Source: Perkinsus olseni
Taxonomy: Eukaryota
NCBI GenBank assembly: GCA_013115125.1
Contig: JABANN010000280.1
Span: 1 to 43,694, forward strand
Direction of reading: 5' to 3'
Length of the DNA: 43,694 nt
Made by a program: the position numbers and the translations under genes. Shown piece by piece: positions 12,380 through 24,761 of the stretch. The notes under the pieces were generated by a model that was given only the letters and a program-made list of their open reading frames with translations, was not told where the DNA came from and ran no database searches. Within the stretch, counting starts at the first letter, position 1. Each line of letters starts with the position of its first letter.

Positions 12380-15300
12380 GCAACTTCGAACTCCAGGCAT
12401 CACCAACCGTGATGACAAGGTCGCAGTCGCCGAGAGTCAGGTTTTGTTTCTGTCGAGTGTCGGACTCAGAACTGCTCGGGCCATATCGAAAGCTTCCCAA
12501 AGGTTGTTTTTGCGTCTATCGCCTAGCCTGAGATTGGCAATTCAGATTCACGGCCGTCCTGGCGGGACTTCTCACCGTTCGCTTATCGGATTTCGAGAAG
12601 CGACAGTACTTCGTAATATGGAATCATACCTGATCGTTGGCACCCGGCAGATTTAGGTTAATTTCATGCATCTAGTGTCGAGCCCCTGGACTATGTTATG
12701 CTGTGCTAAAGCGCTCCAAACGTGATAGCTAAGCAGGCTCGGACGGTCAACGGGTACCTTAGGTACTGGAATATCACCAATTTCATGCTATTACTAGCTG
12801 TATCTGCTCTAGTACCATTTGCAGTATCGGTAAGCTTCGAGAGTGAACTATGCCGGGTTCATTCCCACGCAGATGAGGTCGATGCTTATGGCGATACCTT
12901 GTCCAAGAATGGCCGCACTTGTGTCCAACACGGCCCTTATAGGGGTATTCGGTATCCTGTGGATGATGGGTTGGTTTGTGTATGCATGAGGAGCTGCACA
13001 CTTAGTGATGAGCGGAGTCTTGGAACAGATACAAGAACATATGGGTCTCTTATGTTTATGTCATGACTATTTGGCCTTGGTTAGCAGTAGCGTCCATGGT
13101 GGCAAGGTTGTACGTCGGGCGTGATCAAGAGGTAGTTTTTGGTGGGTTCAGTGGGGATTAGTACCTGTCGCAACTCGGTCTTAGGTGAATCAATCCAGTC
13201 CCCTATCGCATCTACCAGCCCTAGCGCTAGCTGGAGTGACCTCACACGTAGTACTGTAGTGAACGGGTGGGGATTTTCGGGTTAGTAATTAGATATTGGC
13301 CCTCTTATCGCTGAAGGATGGTCTCACACTCACCGACTGTGTAGCGCTGTGCACTCTCGATCCTTTGCTAAGCGCTATAATATGTGAGACAGAAGGAGCG
13401 GCAGCCTGTAGTCATGAAGTAGTTATAGATCCAGTTGTAGTAGACGGTCCAGTACGACGTGACACCCAATATTCGTTGGCCAAGTTGTATGTAGTGCTTG
13501 TGCTCCTCATGGTGAGAAGGCGCAGACAAAAAATCCCCATCCAATTGATCGTCGTAGCAAGGTCTCATACTTCGCCGGGGAATCGAGCGGCATGGCCAAC
13601 GGAGGATTTGGCACCAAGCACTTGATGTATGCCTTCCAACAAAACGAATGTCCGAAAGCTGAGTTTGGCGAGAGCAGGTTTCTAGGAGGCAGAGCACTGC
13701 TCACACTGAGGAGTGCTTTTGTGAAGTATAGCTTCACACGAGCCTCGGAGGGAGCATCGGAGCCGGACCCAGCTCCAATGGACGAGAGTAACTACTGTTG
13801 CGAAGGCCTCAGAATTCCCAGCGGTGGCAGAATAGGTTTATGGGTCACAACCTCAGCTCCGAGGAAGCATAGATTCTCGAAGTTCCCGGGACCCATACTC
13901 TACAGGTTGGACGTAGGTTGCGTGGGGTCGTCGTGCGTTGTATGCTGTTGCTAGGTTATATTCGACTCCGGTCTGGCCGATGTCGAATTGCATGGAGTCG
14001 GGCCTCTAGGAACGAAAGATCTCCTGGTAGATTATTTATCGACGCCTCGGACAGACCGTCATTAGCGTGTGACGTCAGTTGATGTCCGATTTCACTTATC
14101 TCTTACCGTTGGCATCATTGATGAGCTGGATCGCCGATCATATGGGGAGGGATACATTGAAGTGATAAGTGAAGCGGCACTGGCTGGCTGGGGGGAGAAT
14201 GTCTTAGATTTGGCTTGATGCCACCCGAGACACCAGATCAGCTTGATACTATCACTGTTGGAGGGGCTGCTGACTTCGTATCAACATCCAGCTCTGGGTC
14301 TACAACTGCTCTCATCATTGTTATATGCGTGAGAGGCTTGCCCCTCACCGATGATGCATAGTCTTAGTATATGAACAGGGGATCTTTGGCGTATCGTATT
14401 TACTATCGCCATGGTCAACGGCCCGGTCCCTCTTCGATCAAGGTTCTGCGGTGCATACCTGGAGCGCTAGGCCAGTGGGTCGTGCCGTCCTTGAGTGGTA
14501 GTATCATCAACGAAGTAGTAGGTTCTGGAAATAGTACCAGTGCTATGCCTGGATGCCCTTTATTTCAATACTTCCATTACCAAGTAGACTGGGAGCCTGT
14601 GGATCGGCTGTAGGGGCGGGAAGGGTTCTGCATAATCATGGCTCAGGTTCCAGTTGATAGTGGCCATATTAGGAATTGTTGTAGTTCTCTTCTGCAGGCA
14701 TGCACTGTGGAAGATTTTCACGAGACGGTAGTTTTTTTTCAACAACTGTCTGATACCTGACGGCTTTGTAGATATCTCCTGAAGCTGACCCAGGAGCTGA
14801 AATTTCATCAGCCGAGCGTAGGGTACTGCCATCCACCAGGCTATACCTCTCGCATCCTCGTTCAGGCTTTGAGAGAGCCGCAGAAGCGGGCATTATTGGA
14901 CTTCTTGTATAAGATGAGTGTCGATGATTATCAGTTGCTGCTACTGGAGACCAGTATACATCATGGAAATAATGTGCGAGCTACGTGACTCGGAGACTTA
15001 CGAACACGATAAGTAGGTCCGCGAGATTCTACGAGCAGCTGCCCGTGCGAAGTTGACCCATCATGTGTGGGATCCACGGCCGTCAGCAACGGCAGCATGG
15101 AAGCTGGCGGTATAGTTCGTGATCACTCACTACCTGCTCGAAGCTCGAGCCTGGTATATCAACTAGGTATCTCTTGTGGTGAAGGCGATGAAGAAACAAC
15201 AATCTGGACGCCGTGTACAGGTGCAGGGTAGAATGGAAATGCTTCACAAGATCAGAGATATTGTAGCCCTAGGAGTATCGTTGACGATTTGGGGTGAGCG

Positions 15301-15884
15301 CGATTTGTAGATACTATCGGCCGCCGATCATGCTGTGGACGCAGCCGAAGGGCATGGCATGCGGCTCTTACTGGCCAAAGAACACGCTGTGTATTCAGCC
15401 CCGTCTGCGCTAGGTGATCTCGTTCAGAACAGATGATTCATTCCAGATACGCTGCTAAGAAGCGGGCCATCCGCAGCTTACGTCGTAATATGGTGGTCCG
15501 TAGATCTTTGAGGGATAAGATCAACGTAAAGGCAGATGAAGATGTGCCTTCCAAGCGATATTCCTGTCGTGTAGGTCGCACGATCATTATCGAAGTCTGC
15601 AATGCTACAAGCTACCAGCCTCGGTGTCATGCGGGCACTGTCTGATGTGGGAGGAGGATCACCATCTAAGAGGCATTCAGGTCGAGTTTTTTCCCGACCC
15701 CTTGTCGACGACGTCCTCAGATAAGACCTCGCCAAATAGACATAAATCTAATTCGGCCTCTCCTCAAGGTGCTACGGAGCTGGAGGTGATTCTTGACCGA
15801 ACGATTGCCGGCCCATTCTCCTTGGCAGACGCACACCGTCAGCACTCCCTGCGGTGTGCACTCCTTGGGGCTTGCATGCATTGA
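12380..15884 (+). CDS. Multi-pass membrane protein, drug/metabolite transporter (EamA)-like, with a long soluble C-terminal region
   Basis: Spliced hydrophobic exons: FMLLLAVSALVPFAVS|MRSMLMAIPCPRMAALVSNTALIGVFGILWMM|IWVSYVYVMTIWPWLAVASMVA|ILALLSLKDGLTLTDCVALCTLDPLLSAI|GGRALLTLRSAFVK|FTYLLPLASLMSWI|IFGVSYLLSPW|VLEIVPVLCLDALYF|FQLIVAILGIVVVLF, followed by hydrophilic exons. The family call is pattern-based and both ends are uncertain. Confidence 0.5.
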
Positions 15885-15952
15885 TCGAGGAATATTGCCC
15901 AATATTCATAGCGGTATGAACCCATATAATGTGTTCCCAGCTTGAAGTGGCC

Positions 15953-18150
15953 ATGGTAGTCATCCTCACTTTCGGCGATAATAACTACGGTCAGCTTGGT
16001 GTTATGCGAGAGTCGTTGGCTGAAGTGTCATCCGGTTGTCGACAGAAGGCCAGTCATGTGATGACTGTGGATGTTTTGCGTGGGAAGGACTGCATACAGG
16101 TGGGAAACAAAGTCTCTGATGATAACTTCATTGTGGAGGGTCAGGTGGAGACCGGTGGCGATTCAAGTTTTGCCATGACTGCGCAAGGAAGGGTATATGC
16201 CTGGGGGAGCAATAGATGGGGTCAACTCGGTAGGTTGTGGAAAAGTGTGGTTGTTGAAACTGAGCTGACACTGAGGTATGCGGCCTGACACCGGAGATTT
16301 CGTGAGTGCTGATGTGATTGAAAGAGGCGGAGTGAAGGGCGTGAGAATGAAGGAAACACCTGACATGGTGAAACTCATGAGAGAGTAGTATTAGAATGGA
16401 GTACCGAGGGTAGTGGGGACTCGCGTGTAGGGTATATGTCGTACAAGTTGCATCGTCACCCACGAGCTCGACTGGCCAAACTCATACCTTGATGCTAGCG
16501 GCCAACGGTAAAAGCAATAGTAGGCCTCTTCTTATAGACATTGCAATATGCTTAGGTCATGTTTATAGTTGTGGAACTCAGACTGAGGGCGCTATGGGTT
16601 TGGGATACGAAGCTACGATAAATCAGACGCCCTCTATTGTAAGGTGGCGATCTGCGTTACGAAGCTATTCGGTCATGTGTTTAGGTGCGGCTAACTGCAT
16701 CTCATCCGATTGTCCAAGTTGCCTGCGGCTCAAGGCACTCTCTCTTGTTGAGCGACATCGGCGTTGTGCGTCACGACCTGTCGGGTAGTCGTCGGTAAAA
16801 TCTTGCGTGTAGGTATGGGCTTGCGGCGACAATAAGCGAGGTCAACTGGGCGTGGGTGGTTGCAAACATTCGGCAACACCGGTGATCGTAGAGGTGCTCT
16901 CCGGGGTAATCTAGGCATACCGGCGTGGTCGGGCATCCACCGTAGAGCCTCTACTAGGTCCGGCTTCTCACTTGCGGAGAGGCTCATTCAATCGCGAGTA
17001 CTTTCGATCCTGCAACCTTGGAGGAGATGGTGTAGCAGTGAGATGTATCGGTCACTTGTGGCGACCAGCCTCCGTAGGTACGCTTGGGGAGCAAACTCCA
17101 GTGGTCAACTTGGTATCGGTAGCGTGCATGATCAGTTCATACCCAAAGAAGTGCAGGAAATACAAATGTAGTGCCCCTGCACTGGTGGGTCTGTTGTCGT
17201 TGTTAACGTCTCAGGTTCAGAAATAGGCCAGAGGGTAAGGCGTGGTAGGACCTCTCGGTGTTCCATGTTTTCAACAGGTTCGAGAGGCAGCACCAATGCG
17301 GAAAAAGGCTCGCCTTCCGGGTAGGGGAGAGTTGAAAGCAGCCGTTGATGATTATTGTAGCAGATACTTTGTGAGTTCGATAGCCGCAGGCGGAGAGCAT
17401 ACTGTCATGGCGATATGTCGGGGGCGTGTTGTGAGTGGAAATAGTGCCCCGCTCGGCGGATCCATTGCGCAGTGGTCAGGTGGTGTCCTTCGGCTCGAAT
17501 GCTCTAGGGCAGCTTGGAGTAGGCCGTAACAGCGAAGGTCGTGATGTGACTCGATGTAGTCCATCAGTTGTGCCACCGCTCAGCCATAAGGTACCGGGGT
17601 TGCCATTACGCGTTTCGAGTCTATGTACAGAGCCATGATGTAGGACGGAGGGAATATCGTAATGTGCGCAGCTGCAGCTATGCACTCTATATTTCTGGAT
17701 GCCTCCGGAGAGACCTTCGTCTGCGGCGATAATACGTAGTTCGTTCATGAGTACTAAACGGTCAGCCGAATGGATCCAGGTACGGCCAACTTGGGTTCTT
17801 ACCGCGCAGGGAGTTGCAGAATAGGAGTACACGACTAGACCCGCTGGATGGGGAACCAACGATCTGGACTCCAGCTTTACTGCACCAGATTAAGGTTTAT
17901 CACGTAGTACCGTACGCTATTGCGTCCCTGGGAGGGTTATAATACCAGGTGCGGTACGTCAGTACCTCCGAGACTCATACGAGTTGCTTGGCTACCACTA
18001 GGTAGGAGTAAGATGGCCATGGTGTGACGAAGCCCCATGCTCTAACATGGCTCTCCTCGTGAGAAGTGAAGAATTTCTACAGCGTACTTTTGGGTGTCGA
18101 GTTGGCCGGGCCATCGAAGAAGTAGGTTCAGTTTTTTATTCATCACGGTA
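15953..18150 (+). CDS. RCC1-repeat (beta-propeller) protein
   Basis: Repeated motifs: TFGDNNYGQLG, GGDSSFAMTAQGRVYAWGSNRWGQLG, QVACGSRHSLLL, VWACGDNKRGQLG, YAWGANSSGQLG, IAAGGEHTV, SFGSNALGQLG. End approximate. Confidence 0.92.
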
Positions 18151-18240
18151 ATTAAATTTTGCATATGAGTTTGTATCACGCAGCTTCGGCGGACACGGAT
18201 CATGAGATGGATAAGGTAATACCCCGGGTATCGCGCTATA

Positions 18241-19533
18241 ATGCGATGCTATCATCAGGAGCTTAGCGTGTCACCCCCAGTGCGCCGCAGAACAGCTTCA
18301 CTGAGCACGAAACGCCTGGGGACTGATCCGTCCGCATCTCCATCTCTACCGTCCTTGAAGCCTAAGAGAAATTCCTGTGAATCGGGAGTATCATCAGGAA
18401 GCATGGCTTCTCCTGTATCGGTCGAGGACGAGTACATTGAATTCAAAAAAGAATATCTGGCTCGGAAGGTCATAGTTGTTGTGGAGTCTGAATTGGTATT
18501 GATAGACTACATCGATTGGGAGGCCAGGTTTTTTATACGCTGGCTTGATGACGAAAGACAGCTGGCTGAAGTGTCCGGCTGTGCTCCAACCAAGGCAGAG
18601 TTAGACCGGTGGAGCCGTCAACCGGGTAACTCGACCCGGACTGGTGGTGGTCGTGAGGTCGTGCCCTACAAAGCGGTGTATTTTGTTCACTTGGAAGAAG
18701 CACAGGCCCGGGGGTTGCAGCCGTATCCGCAGCAAGCGGAGTGGTACGGGAGGTTCGAAGTATTGGATTCGTCGTTAGAGGAAGCTTATGAGCAGCCACG
18801 AGCGGAGAGGCCATTCCCGAGAGACCCGTTCCCAGAGAACTGTATCTTCGTCAACGGTACCGCCTACAGCATGGGCTTGCTCAAGGCCAGTGCTTTTCGC
18901 GTGGGTGATACGCACGCCATCTCGATCCGCAAGTCCAGAATACCTTTCGGTGGTAGAGGTGTTTTTGCGGAGAAACCTTTCTTCCGTCATGAGCTCGTTA
19001 GCCTCTATTGGGGACATATGTTCAGCGAAGCTCAGCGAGCATTTATGAAGAACCAGGGCGGCGGGGAGCTCTCTACTCATTGTATACCATTGATGCAGAA
19101 GCTATCCTACTTGGATGGTATGCACAGTTGCCTCATGAAGGGAATGTATGTTGGGCAGATGCTCAATATGGGTGGTAAAGGCAGCAACTTCAATAACTGT
19201 GAGTTCCACATTGTTGATGTTACGACAAATGGAGGCAGACTTGGACGCTCCAAGGGAGTCCCAACAGCGATGAAAGCAGTAGTGGTTCGTGCAACGAGGT
19301 GTGTTGGTAGTTGTTAGGACCAGAACATAACCCTCTTCCGGAGGTACATATTTCCGGGTGAAGAGCTCTACGTTTCATATGGTGCATCGTTCTGGAACAA
19401 GCAGGATATAGTTTGCCTCGAACCTCCGCCAGTACACTGGCCCCTTGCATTGGAACAGATAGTACCGTCTGAGGACTACAGCGGTACTGGTGCATGTGAT
19501 TCTTGGTACTCCCGTGACTCCCACCTTAGGTGA
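18241..19533 (+). CDS. SET-domain protein, paralog 1 (exons 18241-19298 and 19344-19533)
   Basis: KSRIPFGGRGVFA, LVSLYWG, GQMLNM, VVVRATR|YIFPGEELYVSYGASFW after removing a 45-nt GT-AG intron. Confidence 0.88.
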
Positions 19534-19759
19534 ATCCGCCCGTCCTCCGTCACCCGGTAGCAGCGGCGAGGCTTAAAACATGCACATGGTTGCACCTCCT
19601 TTCTGTGGTCAAGTGTTTCGGTGACACCTTCCATTAATAACTCCATGATGACAGTTTTCTCCATGTCCTAATTTTTTTGAGTACTTGGTATCGGTAGTCA
19701 GTAGATCTGCTTCATCACTGATGAATCATCAGGTTCATCCTAGGCTCTGTTACTATCCT

Positions 19760-21123
19760 ATGTCCAAACCCTCACCGCAGTCTCCAGTGACAGGGTCCGA
19801 GACGAATACAACCCGATGTCGAGGAAGGCAGCCGAAGCGTAAGCGCTCTGCTGGGGAGCCACCGGCTAGCCCTCCTCGTGAAGATGCTACGGAGTCAACG
19901 ACGTCGACTTCCGAGTTGAGCTGTCCTCTTACGATACCAGATTTCCAGGGAGAGACCTCGAGCTCAGCACCTTCTCAAGCCTCGTGGAACATGGCGCAGC
20001 AGTATCTTGCCAGGAAGGTCATAGTTAAATCTGAGGCGATGGGGGATGGGAAGATCCGGTGGGATATGCGATTCTTCGTTGGTTGGATTGATGGTGATTC
20101 CCGGAGTCTTGCAGAGATAGCTGAGTGCGCGCCCACCAATGCTGAGCTGCATCTCACATGTACACACGGCAGGCATAGGAGGGATAGGGATGTGGTCGGT
20201 AGCCAGGACATGTACTTTGTACACCCGGACAAGGCCAGACTATGCGGTCTGATACCTCATCCCGAACAGGAGCAGTGGTTCTCGGAGTACAAGCTGCCTT
20301 ACTGTCGATATGCTGATGATGCCGATGACGTTTGCGGGACTATGCTGCCCAATTACTACCCACAGCCGTGGAGGGAACTTCCCCCCCTGGAACCTGACGA
20401 TTCTAGATTGATACTCAATGGTCGTACCTGCTCTCTAGAACTGCTGATGGAGAAGGCATATGCACTAGGAGATGATAAGGCGCTGACAGTCAGATGGTCT
20501 CGTATATTTGGTGGTGGCAGGGGTGTTTTTGCGATGAAAAGTTTCTATAAGAATGAAGTCATCACCCTCTATTCGGGTCATCTTTTTTCCGAGGCTCAGC
20601 GGCATTGGATGAAGGACAGTTTCGGTGGAGCGCTATCCTCTCATTGTATACCGCTCATGCATAAGCTTTTGTATGTCGACGGGCTTTATGCTTGTCTAAT
20701 GAAGGGAATGTATGTCGGTCAACTGATTAATATGGGCGGATCTGGATCGACCTTCAACAATGTTGAATTCTTCCCGATCGACGTATCGGTGGTGGAGCCG
20801 AGGTCAACCAGGAGCTGCAAGAGAACCCCCACACCCTCAGCATCAGCGTCTTCCATCGCAACAGGGGTCAAGATGCTGGTCGTTAGAGCTACGAGGTACT
20901 GCAGGGCTGGTTGATAGGCGATTTCCCCTAGTAGTACGTCATCCATCCTCGTGTCATGTACTGGGTCTTCAGGTATATATATCCAGGTGAAGAGCTCTAC
21001 GGCTCTTATGGGAGTGCCTTCTGGAATAAACGTGATTGTGATTGCAGAGAGCCGCCACCAGTAGTGCTCCCATCATCAGATCATAGTGGCGACCAACTCG
21101 ATGAGGCTAATGGTTGCCAATGA
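19760..21123 (+). CDS. SET-domain protein, paralog 2 (intron 20896-20972)
   Basis: SRIFGGGRGVFA, VITLYSG, GQLINM, LVVRATR|YIYPGEELYGSYGSAFW. Intron position matches paralog 1. The start could be 19721. Confidence 0.88.
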
Positions 21124-21502
21124 CCACGCATGGTGATGCTGACGTGATCCCCCTAGCCGGACTAGATCTCAAACTGAGATTGTCAGCATGCGTCATGGCA
21201 CTCTCCACGATCCGGTATATAGTCGACAACTTGATAACGTTATTGAATTGTAGCAATATCTCAATTTGAATAGTACTGATAGTACAATAGTATCATGTTC
21301 AATGCTTGGCATGTAGAGCATTGCCTATTATATTATTATCATCGAACGGAATGTAATTCTTCGTCCGCTAATCTATCCTTCCAGTCACTGGTATTGATGC
21401 GAGACGAGATTTTACTTGCCCGTTTCGTAGCCGAGTTCGTCATCTGCCGCATTGTTGTTTGTCAGTGGTTAGACAACTCGCTTCCGAGTGAACATCGTAG
21501 CT

Positions 21503-24408
21503 ATGACATCTCGAGGCAGCGGCAAGCGCAGCGTCGGCAGGCAGTCGTCAGCAGTATCAAGACAAGATTCAGCCGCTACTCATGGATCAGCCGCGGCAGC
21601 AGCCTCCTCGGCCCATTGTCCGCAGGCAGTCGAAAGTAGTCTCGTCGAAGTTTATCTTTTAGATCGCCGATTTCGACAAGATAGCGGAGCGTATAATCTA
21701 CTCTCGAAACGCTTGTTGCCGGTACCTCCCACGGTACCGACGTGAATGGTTTCCTGTACCTCTTCGGTTTATCTGTGCCATACGAGGCGCTCTGCAAAAA
21801 AATATGTGCACTGTTGGATCGCTCACCCCTCGGAGCTTGAGCTCCTATCGCATGAAAATACAGCATCGGTGGTTCGAATCAGTGAGCTCCGCAGTTCGTG
21901 ACTATCGGACGTACCGAGGGTCTGATCATCCTGACTGTTGGCTTTATTTGACTTCTCTCCATCTCCTTCGTCAGGTTCGGATCCTGAAGATTCTAGCCAT
22001 ACCCTAGATGATCCGATTCATAGGCTGCCGCTCGACGAGATAAAGATTGATACGGACCAACTGCTCAACCCCACGCCCGAGTCCGAGGAGTTCGTCTGCA
22101 AGATCTGCCATACTTATATTGTTGGCTGCCAGCCCAAGATCACGAAGTGCTCCCATATGTTCTGCGGGGATTGTCTGGAAGAATGGAGTCAAGTCCAGCC
22201 GACGTTTCGAAGTTGGGTCCAGGTTGCGAGGACTGCCGGCCAGGCGCGAAACGTCCCGTGTCCGGTTTGCAAGACTCCCCTCAATGATAAGAAGGAGATA
22301 TTTTCTATCAATCCACCGGTACTATACTCACTTTGAGCTCACCTTCCCCATTCAAGCTCTTTGCAGGACCCTCAGCGACCGGAGTGTCAGTCCATATGGA
22401 AGATGCTTTCTAATCTGAAAATAAGTAACCGTGAACAGTTCCTTGTGAACGGCCCATCACTGTTGGTGCATCTCAGAGTGCCACTACGATCCTGACTTCG
22501 ATCCTACTGGGAGCTGTCAATGGACTGGGACTTATTCTACGTAACATATCATTCCGGTACGGTTGCTTGGAAATGGCATCTCAGGTATCAAGCACATGCT
22601 AAGGTATGCAAGGCGTGTAAGGCAGGAGTCGTCATTGCCCCCAACACTACACAACCTGGCTTCCATACCCAGACAGATAAAGCGGGCAGTGATGAGGTAG
22701 TTCTTACGGTTGGCACCCGGTAGTACAATCATCGAGTAGGAATCGGAGCATGAAGGGCAGTGTCAAACGAATAAGGTCCATACTGTCATGATACCGTTCG
22801 AAGGGGCTAAGGCCAACAGTCAAGAGCTTGGAGGTGACTGATCTTCCGAAGGTGATACTCGAATCTTACTGTGGTGCCGGTTAGGACATGTTATATCCGT
22901 GGGTGTCCATGATCAAGTCTCGGTCGACGACAAGAGTGAGAACGGGCTGTGGGTTCACGGAACGTAAGTGAAGGGTTCGGGCTTGGCTCGGTGTCAGGCA
23001 GCTTCGTGGTTCAGCCGTGGAGGTATCGTCATATACAGCGCAAGATCAATCATATGTTCTCTTCTCAGAAACATAACCCGTTCGAGTCCTGAAGGCTGGT
23101 TCCCTGCCTACTGCCTGAAACGCTTAGATGAATACGTTGAATCGGAAGGCCTGGTGCCTCCGGGGGCTCAGCCTATAGCCAATGCTGATAGGGAAGTTCA
23201 AGGTAGGATCTTCCCATATACCTATACTCACTCGTACTCGACACTTATGTGGGTAGGTTCCGCTGCAGCTGAGGCAGCCGCTAAGATGCCCACAGTTTTG
23301 GCTGAGAGAGCATCCATTATACGCGACTTCGACCCTCACACGATCAAGATTGGAAGTGACAGTCTGGACCAGTTCCTTCCGGTAGGCGTCCGGAGGGATG
23401 TTTCATGATTCTCGCCTGACGTATGCAATACACAGGTGTCAGAAGGAGAGGTTGTAGTAGTATGGCAGCGTAGAGCCCGAGCTGGTTGGAATCTTTGTAT
23501 TTCTGGAGATGGCGCCAGGTTAGGTTGGGTGCCTGACAACAGGTGAGCGTACATCATGATGGTGCTACGTATCGTATACATGTCCTATCAGATGCAAGAC
23601 TATCCGGGAAGGTATGGGCTATGCTGTGACCGAATGTAAGTTTGGCTCAGCAAGGGACGCAGCTCAGCCTTGGCGCACATTATCTCAATGGACACTCTCT
23701 CTCAGCTGGCGTGGTTACATCACCCAGTGGACGGCAAAGTCGCCCTGGCTCAGCCCAGAGTGGAGGTGTCAGTGGCAAGTTGCAGCATCACGCTCCAAGC
23801 ATTGCTTCGACCTACATTGCGCGAAGGGCCTATGACTCGAAAGATAGGCCCAACGAACTCTCCGTTATGATTGGCGATATAATATCGGTAGTGCAATCAA
23901 GCGGAGGGCGGGCGAAGAATTATTTCTTTGCCAGATCAGAGGAGGGATTGCCCATCAGACGGTGAATGGATGGACTTTGGGTACAATTGTTGCCCAAGGA
24001 GGGAAGAAGGAAGGATGGTTCCCCCGATGGGTGAGCACAAGGTCATACAGTTAGACATATCTCATGGCTTTCTCATGTAGGTTCTGCAAGATCAGTCTAA
24101 GGTGGCTCCCACTGTACATAAGAAGGCTCAATGCGCCGTGTGTGGTACTACATGCCCAGCTTTCAATACGGTCCTGTAAGAACCACGGTCCCCTCTTCGG
24201 CATGATTCTTGAATTCTCTCAGTTACGGTCCTGGCAGCCAACAAAGTGGCAACAGCCGACAGCAGCATACCAGACCAGCTTTGAAGCAAATGTCCAAGAC
24301 GGAGGAGTTCTGCAGTATGTCACTCAACGGCTACCTTTTTGAATATACTTTTCGTCTTCAGGCCGGAACTGTTGGGATAAATATGTCGACGCTAAGGTTA
24401 AGGCATAA
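21503..24408 (+). CDS. RING finger + TRAF-like zinc region + three SH3 domains + C-terminal FCS/TRASH-type zinc finger (putative E3 ligase/adaptor)
   Basis: C3HC4 RING CKICH...CSHMFCGDC...CPVC; LKI|KC...CQWTG...HAKVC; SH3 signatures EGWFPAYCL, RLGWVPDN and ARRAYDSKDRPNELSVMIGDII...GWTLG...EGWFPRW; then CAVCGTTC...EEFC|SRNCWDKY through short GT-AG introns. Confidence 0.82.
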
Positions 24409-24761
24409 GTCAAGCATGAAAAGTGGCAAACACCGTTGCCATTAGTTGTCGTGCTAGATGTTATAGCCTCCCCAACCTCTTCACTGAGGATATGTCGCTG
24501 CTGCAGTGGCTCTCATTCTCGTAGTGACTCTGACATCGCCATAAATTTTGGAACATTTATTCTATCAGAATAGCGGATGCTAACAGCGGGTGGGGTCGTG
24601 TTGTGTCGCTAGTGCAAATTAACTCTTGTTGGCTGCTGATACTTAGATGAAGTTCGTCGCAAGCACGGCTCGCCGAGCGGTTTGAAGAAGAGTCGTTCAC
24701 GAAGGGCCCAAGGGGATTCATCAAGATTGTTGCATGAAATAGGTCTACTGTTCTTTGATCC

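Noticed and set aside
24289-24408. Separate small Tim-like CX3C gene (MSKTEEFCSRNCWDKY)
   Set aside because: Only one CX3C; it splices in frame onto the upstream CAVC of the RING-SH3 gene, forming one zinc finger.
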